From positions 2,191-66,190 of the forward strand of contig DATDWN010000013.1 in assembly GCA_036517395.1 (NCBI GenBank): 64,000 bases of DNA, in the 5' to 3' direction. Both the position numbers and the translations under genes were made by a program. The DNA comes from Minisyncoccota bacterium. GTDB taxonomy: Bacteria; Patescibacteriota; Minisyncoccia; Phycocordibacterales; DATDWN01. Shown piece after piece: positions 57,747 through 64,000 of this stretch (position 1 is the stretch's first letter; each line of letters opens with the position of its first letter). The notes beneath the pieces were generated by a model. It worked only from the letters and a program-made list of their open reading frames with translations, ran no database searches and had not been told where the DNA came from.

Positions 57747-58355
57747 ATGGATAACAAACCAGTTATTGCTATTGATATTGACGACGTGCTTTCTTCTAGC
57801 GCCGCCGGTTTTGTGGAATGGAGCAATGGTAAATATGGCACTCATCTTAAGCCAGAAGACTACCAAGAACATTGGGCCGAAATGTGGAAGCTTGATTTAG
57901 AGGAGACTTTTAAAAGAGCTAATGAATTTCATGAGTCGAATATTGTAAACGCCTATAGCACAGTTGATGGTGCTCTAGAAGTATTAAATAAACTTAAAAC
58001 TCGTTTCACCCTTATCCTCGTTACGAGTCGTAGAGTATCGCTGAAGCAGGCAACTCTGGAATGGATAAATCTTCATTATCCAGGCATTTTTACGGATTGT
58101 TCCTTTGCTGGTTTCTTTGATGCTGATAAACCCGATCTCAACCATTTAAAATTGACTAAAGCGACCCTTGCACAAAGTCTCAAGGCCGATTACTTAATTG
58201 ACGACCAACTTAAGCATATTGAAGCTGCGGCTGATATTGGAATAACTGGTCTTCTTTTTGGAGAATACTCGTGGAATAAAAAAGATGTTCTCCCTAAGAG
58301 TATAGTTCGAGCAAACAACTGGTCAGAAGTTCTACACTACTTTGAATCTCAGTAA
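57747..58355 (+). CDS. HAD superfamily 5'(3')-deoxyribonucleotidase-like phosphatase
   Basis: Motifs IAIDIDDVL, VTSR and LIDD. Confidence 0.85.
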   Translation: MDNKPVIAIDIDDVLSSSAAGFVEWSNGKYGTHLKPEDYQEHWAEMWKLDLEETFKRANEFHESNIVNAYSTVDGALEVLNKLKTRFTLILVTSRRVSLKQATLEWINLHYPGIFTDCSFAGFFDADKPDLNHLKLTKATLAQSLKADYLIDDQLKHIEAAADIGITGLLFGEYSWNKKDVLPKSIVRANNWSEVLHYFESQ

Positions 58356-58420
58356 TTTGTGACTGATTTTTATATACACAAAACGCTTGACATCCGATGC
58401 GAAATGGAATACAATACTGT

Positions 58421-58603
58421 TGTGGTTTTAGGGAAGGTCTTGTGTGTTTCGGGACGACGGCATTCGCTCTCCCCCAACACACACCCTTTCCTTCACCCAC
58501 GCAGTTCTTTCGGTCACACTTGCTTCGGCAATCTGTGACAACCCCGGTATCGATGTTCGATACCCCAATTTACAAAAGCTCTCCCTTCGGGTCGAGAGCT
58601 TTT
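58421..58603 (+). ncRNA. Putative ~180 nt structured non-coding RNA
   Basis: Promoter TTGACA(58387)-17-TACAAT, four hairpins (two with cUUCGg loops) and a terminal T tract. Confidence 0.5.
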
Positions 58604-58615
58604 CTGCATTATGCC

Positions 58616-59548
58616 CTACCTCGTATGCATTTCAACGTAGATATCTTCCAAGGCTTTGACTGCGTCTCCCGAGGCGATGTTGTTTTGGTGGTATAGTCCG
58701 TCAGTACAGTCTCCAGCGGCCCAGATTCCTGCAACTTTTGTTTTCTGGTTTCTAGGATCAACTGGGATTTGACCAATCTGGTTTAACTCCAGTACATTTT
58801 TTGCAAAGTATGTTGTAGGAATAAGTCCGATTTCTACAAAAATTCCTAGAGTCTCTATTTCATGATTTTCTTTTGTAGTTGTGTCTTGCCAAACTAAACC
58901 TGTAACAAACTGACCACCTTTTATCTCCACAGGCACGGCATTTATAATTATTTTAAAATTTGGGTTTTGTTTCAGTTTGGCCACTGTTATCTCATCTGCC
59001 CGAAGGTTTTCACTTCGGTTAAGTAGAGTCACGCTTTTACAATAGGCCAGAAGCTGAGCAGCTGTCTCAAAAGCAGCGTTACCCCCGCCAATAACCACAA
59101 CATCTTGACCGGCGAAAAGCGGTCCGTCGCATGAGGCGCAGTATGTAAGGCCTTTGTTATCAAACTCTTTTGCTCCCACAACATCCAGTTTTCGGCGAGT
59201 TGAACCCGTAGCAATAAGTATATTTTTTGTTTGGTATTCTCCCTTCTCTGTAACAACAACAAAACCACCATTTGGGAGCTCGGCTCCCAAATGCTTTATA
59301 TCTTGAACAGATTCTTCTTTTATTTCGACTGTGTCTCTGGCATATGCAGACAAATGTTTTTTGAAGTTGTCGGCCAACTCTTGCCCTGATATTTTTATCG
59401 TACCAATCCAGTTTTCTATACCTTCTGAAACAATACTTTGACCACCGAATTCAGGTGCAATCAAAAGTGTTTTTAGCTTTTTTCTCGCAGCATAAACACC
59501 AGCCGAGACACCAGCTGGTCCACCACCGATAATGATGAGATCATGCAT
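58616..59548 (-). CDS. trxB: Thioredoxin reductase (TrxB/AhpF-like)
   Basis: Motifs GGGPAG, YCASCDG, GGGNAA and AAGD. Confidence 0.9.
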   Translation of the reverse strand: MHDLIIIGGGPAGVSAGVYAARKKLKTLLIAPEFGGQSIVSEGIENWIGTIKISGQELADNFKKHLSAYARDTVEIKEESVQDIKHLGAELPNGGFVVVTEKGEYQTKNILIATGSTRRKLDVVGAKEFDNKGLTYCASCDGPLFAGQDVVVIGGGNAAFETAAQLLAYCKSVTLLNRSENLRADEITVAKLKQNPNFKIIINAVPVEIKGGQFVTGLVWQDTTTKENHEIETLGIFVEIGLIPTTYFAKNVLELNQIGQIPVDPRNQKTKVAGIWAAGDCTDGLYHQNNIASGDAVKALEDIYVEMHTR

Positions 59549-59560
59549 GTGAATAATGAA

Positions 59561-59950
59561 TTATGATTTATGAATAATGAATGATTTGGAAGTTTTAATA
59601 AGGCCCTGTAGTAGTCTCTGGCTTGTTACAAGTTTTTCCATTACTCTTTCAAAATCTTTACTAATATATCCTAAATCCTTAGATAATAAAAGTTGATTTT
59701 TCACTTCCGTTAGCGATCCATGAGCTAGATAATAGAATTGAACCTTTTCTCTATAGGACTGTCTTCCAAAACCTTCAGCAATATTTGATGTGATTGAAAC
59801 ACTAGCTCTTTGTATCTGTGACGTTAGTCCGAATCTTTCAAAAGCAGGAAATTTATTAGAAATCTTATAAATATCAAGAACTAGCTCGTGACTAAATTTC
59901 CAAGCATTGAGATCAGTAAAGTCCCTGATCTTTCCCGAACCATTATTCAT
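59561..59950 (-). CDS. Four-helix-bundle protein (23S rRNA IVP / S23 family)
   Basis: Motifs FTDLNAWK, FPAFERFGLTSQIQRASVSITSNIAEG and GSLTEV. Confidence 0.93.
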   Translation of the reverse strand: MNNGSGKIRDFTDLNAWKFSHELVLDIYKISNKFPAFERFGLTSQIQRASVSITSNIAEGFGRQSYREKVQFYYLAHGSLTEVKNQLLLSKDLGYISKDFERVMEKLVTSQRLLQGLIKTSKSFIIHKS

Positions 59951-59968
59951 AATTCATTATTCTAACAT

Positions 59969-61120
59969 CTATTTTAGTTTACTTCTCCTCAAAAACGCCG
60001 GTACCGCGCCCCACTCGTCATCATCTGCCACTTCCGGCACTTTTACTTCTGAAGCTTTTGGTTGAACAGGTATGGAGTTAAATATTTTTCCCTTCTCCTC
60101 TGTTACTACTTCATCTTTTTTATTTGATGCCTGTGTAGATTGGAAAAGAGTTTTCTTGTTAAAGTTTTCTGGGAAGTTCGAAGCGATGACAGTTATTCTA
60201 ACCTCGCCTTTTTTCAACTTCTCGTCCTTTACAGTTCCGAAAATAATTCTTGCGTTCGGATCTACCGACTCGGTTATTATTTTTGCCGCATCTTGAATCT
60301 CAAACATTCCCAAGTCATCTCCTCCAGCAATCGAGAACAAAACTCCCTTGGCCCCGTTTATTGAAACCTCCAAAAGAGGCGAGTTTATAGCCATTTTAGC
60401 CGCTTCCTCGGCTCTCTTTTCACCAGTTGCTGTGCCTATGCCCATAAGAGCCGTACCGGCGTTTTCCATGATGGCTTTTATATCAGCAAAGTCTATGTTT
60501 ATAATTCCTGGGGTCGTAATCAAATCAGAGATGCCTTCAACAGCTGATTTCAAAACATCATCGCAAGTTGCAAAAGCGCTTTTTGCTGTTGTCTCTTTTG
60601 TAATACTTGAAAGCAGTCTGTCGTTAGGTATTACAATGATCGCATCAACTGCCAGTCGAAGCTCGTCGAGCCCTGCTTCTGCCAATTTCATTCTCTGCTG
60701 TCCTTCAAAGAAAAATGGTTTTGTTACAACCGCTACAGTCAGAGCACCCATCTCTCTGGAAATTCTAGCTATGATTGGAGCAGCTCCTGTTCCCGTACCG
60801 CCACCAAGTCCGCAAGTTATGAAAACCATGTCCGCACCCTTTATCGCTTCTTGTATTTCTTCTTTAGTTTCTTCCACGGCTCGTTTACCAAGCTCTGGGT
60901 TCATGCCAGCTCCTAAACCATGAGTCAAGTTTTTACCAATGTGTATTTTTCTTTTGGATAGGGAATGATGAAGGTCTTGAGAATCCGTATTAATGGCGAT
61001 AAAATCAACCCCCCTAACTTTGGAATTTATCATATGGTTTAAGGCGTTTTTGCCAGAGCCACCGACTCCTAGGACCTTGATTCGGGCGAATGCTTCTACG
61101 TCTGGTTTTATTTGTGGCAT
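59969..61120 (-). CDS. ftsZ: Cell division protein FtsZ
   Basis: Tubulin signature GGGTGTG and C-terminal VPAFLR. Confidence 0.98.
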   Translation of the reverse strand: MPQIKPDVEAFARIKVLGVGGSGKNALNHMINSKVRGVDFIAINTDSQDLHHSLSKRKIHIGKNLTHGLGAGMNPELGKRAVEETKEEIQEAIKGADMVFITCGLGGGTGTGAAPIIARISREMGALTVAVVTKPFFFEGQQRMKLAEAGLDELRLAVDAIIVIPNDRLLSSITKETTAKSAFATCDDVLKSAVEGISDLITTPGIINIDFADIKAIMENAGTALMGIGTATGEKRAEEAAKMAINSPLLEVSINGAKGVLFSIAGGDDLGMFEIQDAAKIITESVDPNARIIFGTVKDEKLKKGEVRITVIASNFPENFNKKTLFQSTQASNKKDEVVTEEKGKIFNSIPVQPKASEVKVPEVADDDEWGAVPAFLRRSKLK

Positions 61121-61310
61121 GTTTTTTAAGAGTTTCTAATTAAAATTCTAAATTAGTTGTAGCCACATACTATCATAACCGTCAAAAATAAAAACAATTG
61201 ACTACCTTAGAGATTTATGTCAGAAAACGGCTTAAAATAAAGCTATTTTATGGCTAAAACATTTTTGTTTAAACAAAAATGTTCGCCCGAACTTTTGCTT
61301 TACAAAAGTT

Positions 61311-62501
61311 TTAGGGTAAAAACTTTTGTATCCATTCTGAAATTTTTCCGCCAGCTTTTTTCATCCTGTTGCCCAGTCCCATGTTTATTTTTTCTTCAGT
61401 TGAAAGTCCAAGCATGCACAAACCATAGGCCACGGCCCAAGTCGAGTCTTTTATATTATTTTTGCCAGCCTGAGTTGACTGTCCGTTTATTGCTCCAAGT
61501 CTTGATGGCAGTTTCAAGGCTACCTTGGCCAACTCTTCTATCGTTCCGATACCACTACCTCCTCCTGTAATAAATATTCCAGCTGGCAATAAGCCGTTCC
61601 TGCCGATTTTTTTTAAATGATTCTCAATAAGCTCAAACATGTCGTAAATTCTGGCGCTGATTATTTCCTCAAGCTTTTTTTTTGAAAAAGAGCCGGAACC
61701 GAAACTGCCGATTTTCAGGTTCTCCGCTTCTTCTAAGGGGATTTTCAATCCTAGGGCTATATCATTGGTTATATCTGCGCCTCCGATAGGGAAAACCTCG
61801 AGGGAAATAGGAATATTGTTTTCAAAAACAACAATAGATATGGTTTCAGCACCGATGTTGGCCAGAACGCAACCGGCCATTTTTTGTTGTTTGGAAAGTA
61901 TTACAAAAGAAGCGGCGATAGGAGAGGCCATGGCATCAATGACATCAATACCGGCTTTCTCCACTGCCTCCAGCATGTCGTTCAAGTGTCCCTCGAGACA
62001 TGTCACAAAAAGCATTTTGACCTCGAGCTTGGTGCCCTTCATGTCTATAGGGCTTTTTGCCAAGACCGGTTTGCCGTCGATTTTGTATGAAAGAGGAATT
62101 GGGTGAAGTATTTTTCTGTTTTGAATTAGGGTGGCTGGTAAAGTTTCTTCACAGACTTGCGATAATTTTTCAATATCCAATTCTGTCACTTGTGAGTCTG
62201 CTCGAGCGATGATAGTACTTGCTGTACCCGTTACAGCTCCGAGACCTATGCCTCCGACAGCAACGAAAGCTTTGTGGATTTTCACACCACTGACTTTTTC
62301 AGCCATCTTTACCGCCACTTCAATACTTTCAGTTATGTCACCGCTGTTTATGATATAACCATGTCGAAGACCTTTTGATTCCGTCAGCCCCGTGCCAATA
62401 ATACGGCTTATTTGCTTACCATTTTCTCTAACGAGCTCTGCCACTACCACTTTGACCTGGTATGTTCCGATATCTATTCCGACTGCAATATTTCTGGACA
62501 T
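61311..62501 (-). CDS. ftsA: Cell division protein FtsA
   Basis: Motifs GIDIGT, GGADITNDIA and TGGGS; upstream of ftsZ. Confidence 0.95.
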   Translation of the reverse strand: MSRNIAVGIDIGTYQVKVVVAELVRENGKQISRIIGTGLTESKGLRHGYIINSGDITESIEVAVKMAEKVSGVKIHKAFVAVGGIGLGAVTGTASTIIARADSQVTELDIEKLSQVCEETLPATLIQNRKILHPIPLSYKIDGKPVLAKSPIDMKGTKLEVKMLFVTCLEGHLNDMLEAVEKAGIDVIDAMASPIAASFVILSKQQKMAGCVLANIGAETISIVVFENNIPISLEVFPIGGADITNDIALGLKIPLEEAENLKIGSFGSGSFSKKKLEEIISARIYDMFELIENHLKKIGRNGLLPAGIFITGGGSGIGTIEELAKVALKLPSRLGAINGQSTQAGKNNIKDSTWAVAYGLCMLGLSTEEKINMGLGNRMKKAGGKISEWIQKFLP

Positions 62502-62641
62502 TTGAGAGATAATTTTCAATTATCAATTTTACAATTTACAATAAATTTCCAATGTTTCAATGTTTGAAAATTAATTCATTGAAAATTCAATGCCTGCCTG
62601 CGGTAGGCAGGAAAATTGAGAACTGTAAATTGAAAATTAGA

Positions 62642-62998
62642 TTAGACGCCGAATTGCTTACGCAATTTGGTTTCTAATCTCTCCATTGTACTACCATGCT
62701 CCATTCCTTTCAAATGGAGACATCCGTGGATAAATAGAAAGCCCTCCTCTTTTTGTGCCAAGCTCGGCGTTATGAAAATCTCTCCGGCATTTTTATCTAG
62801 CGAGAAACTTAAAACATTCGTAGGTTTATCTTTGCCACGATATTTGAGATTTAGCTCACCAGACTTTTTCTCTCCAATAAACACCAGAGAGAGTGAGTAG
62901 CCTTTTCCCAACACTTCATTTTTTATTTTTGCAAAAGACACAGGGGGAACAACATTACGAGTGGTATTTATTAAGCTGAATTTTTCTTCATTATTCAT
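62642..62998 (-). CDS. ybeY: rRNA maturation endoribonuclease YbeY
   Basis: Motifs YRGKDKPTNVLSF and HGCLHLKGMEH. Confidence 0.93.
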   Translation of the reverse strand: MNNEEKFSLINTTRNVVPPVSFAKIKNEVLGKGYSLSLVFIGEKKSGELNLKYRGKDKPTNVLSFSLDKNAGEIFITPSLAQKEEGFLFIHGCLHLKGMEHGSTMERLETKLRKQFGV

Positions 62999-63099
62999 TC
63001 AGATATAAGCTGATCGTGGAGTTGATTTAAGATTTAGGATTTATGAATGATGATTGGTATTTTGCATTATTCTTAAATCTTGAATCGTAAATCTTATAT

Positions 63100-63351
63100 C
63101 TATTTTTTGCCTCCTCTAGGTGTGTATTCACTCATTTTGCCTAGTTTTATCAGTTCAGCTACTTCTTCTCGTCTTTTCAGCACTTTTAAGGTCTTTTTCT
63201 GCTTTACGTATGGAGAAAGTTTACGTGTTGAGTATCGAATTGATCTGACACGAGGCAAAACACCAGAGCCCTGAACTCTTTTGGTGAATCGTCTTATGAG
63301 GTTAACGTTGTTTTCGTTGCCCGTTTTTACCACTTCTGCGTTTACTGACAT
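63100..63351 (-). CDS. rpsU: Ribosomal protein bS21-like
   Basis: Basic 83 aa protein with ENNVNLIRRFTKRVQGSGVL. Confidence 0.65.
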   Translation of the reverse strand: MSVNAEVVKTGNENNVNLIRRFTKRVQGSGVLPRVRSIRYSTRKLSPYVKQKKTLKVLKRREEVAELIKLGKMSEYTPRGGKK

Positions 63352-63551
63352 GTGCGGTATTTTATCACAACAAGCATTTTATTTCAACTCCAAGAAACAC
63401 CCGTAGGTGAAGATACAAAATCTCGTCGAGGCAAAATCTTTTTAGAGACTTTCGCAGGCTGACGAGCCGAGAACGAGACAAAATCTCAACAGAGATTTAT
63501 GTCGTGCTCTAAAAAGGTTTTGGTGAGAAAGAGGTTTTGTATCTAGGGGTT

Positions 63552-64000
63552 TTACTTAAGTTTCTTCAAAAACTCCGCTAGTTCAGAAAGAGCAATAGTT
63601 TCCTGCTCTCTGTTTGCGATACTTCTCACTATCATGCTGTTTTCCACCGCCTCTTTTTGTCCCATGACCAAAACATGCGTGGCCTTCATATATTCCGCTC
63701 CCGAGAGTTGTCCTGTGATTTTGTCTTTTGTTATGGAGTGGTAGACCGGAATTTTATGTTTGCGCAACATTTCAACTATATTTAAAGCTTTCAGTTTGGC
63801 CGTGGAACCGAGTTGTACTAGGTAAAACCTCGGTTTTTTTATTTTATGTATAGCAACTTTCTTCGACATGGATGGATTTTTCCTGACTGAAATAGTTACT
63901 CCCACCGTCGGTATTTCTCTTTTGCCTCCGATTTTTTTAGCTAGGTGATTGTATCTGTAACCGAAAGCCAAAAGCTCGTCACCGGATCTAATTTCGAATA
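63552..64000 (-). CDS. HisRS-like protein, C-terminal part (5' end outside window)
   Basis: Degenerate motif 3 (AFGYRYNHL...PTVG) and an HGTP anticodon-binding domain (QLSGAE...VLVMGQKE...VR); the frame is open to the window edge. Confidence 0.7.
   Translation of the reverse strand, partial: FEIRSGDELLAFGYRYNHLAKKIGGKREIPTVGVTISVRKNPSMSKKVAIHKIKKPRFYLVQLGSTAKLKALNIVEMLRKHKIPVYHSITKDKITGQLSGAEYMKATHVLVMGQKEAVENSMIVRSIANREQETIALSELAEFLKKLK

Noticed and set aside
63400-63551. Long imperfect hairpin between the S21-like and HisRS-like genes as a riboswitch
   Set aside because: No recognisable aptamer and only one copy here; more likely another palindromic repeat or a terminator.

Overview
This AT-rich bacterial chromosome segment has the hallmarks of a Patescibacteria (CPR, probably Parcubacteria) genome; the lineage is inferred, not searched. 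The left end holds the 3' part of secF, a REP-associated tyrosine transposase module and a stand-alone 16S rRNA gene. That 16S gene carries a group I intron with a LAGLIDADG homing endonuclease, two AT-rich hairpin insertions and no anti-Shine-Dalgarno tail. Next come tRNA-Ile, a pilin, a VirD4/HerA-like ATPase and a ~27 kb surface-glycan cluster that contains a CYTH + CotH + VTC + DUF4956 module. A complete diversity-generating retroelement (DGR) follows, then secA, redox and housekeeping genes, four more tRNAs, valS, a large DUF11 surface protein, tsaD, trxB, ftsZ, ftsA, ybeY and an S21-like gene. Four observations stand out. (1) The DGR avd and RT genes overlap head-to-head across one G9 tract, and a single extra G would put both genes in frame at once, which suggests a phase-variable switch for hypermutation. 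(2) A family of 135-138 bp inverted-repeat elements is inserted into the first codons of glycosyltransferase genes and supplies new starts. (3) Hairpins with 7-nt periodicity bracket a four-helix-bundle (IVP/Avd-like) gene and also make up both 16S insertions. (4) Synonymously diverged duplicate gene ends of secF and tsaD abut REP palindromes. All calls come from reading the sequence and the ORF track; no database searches were run.
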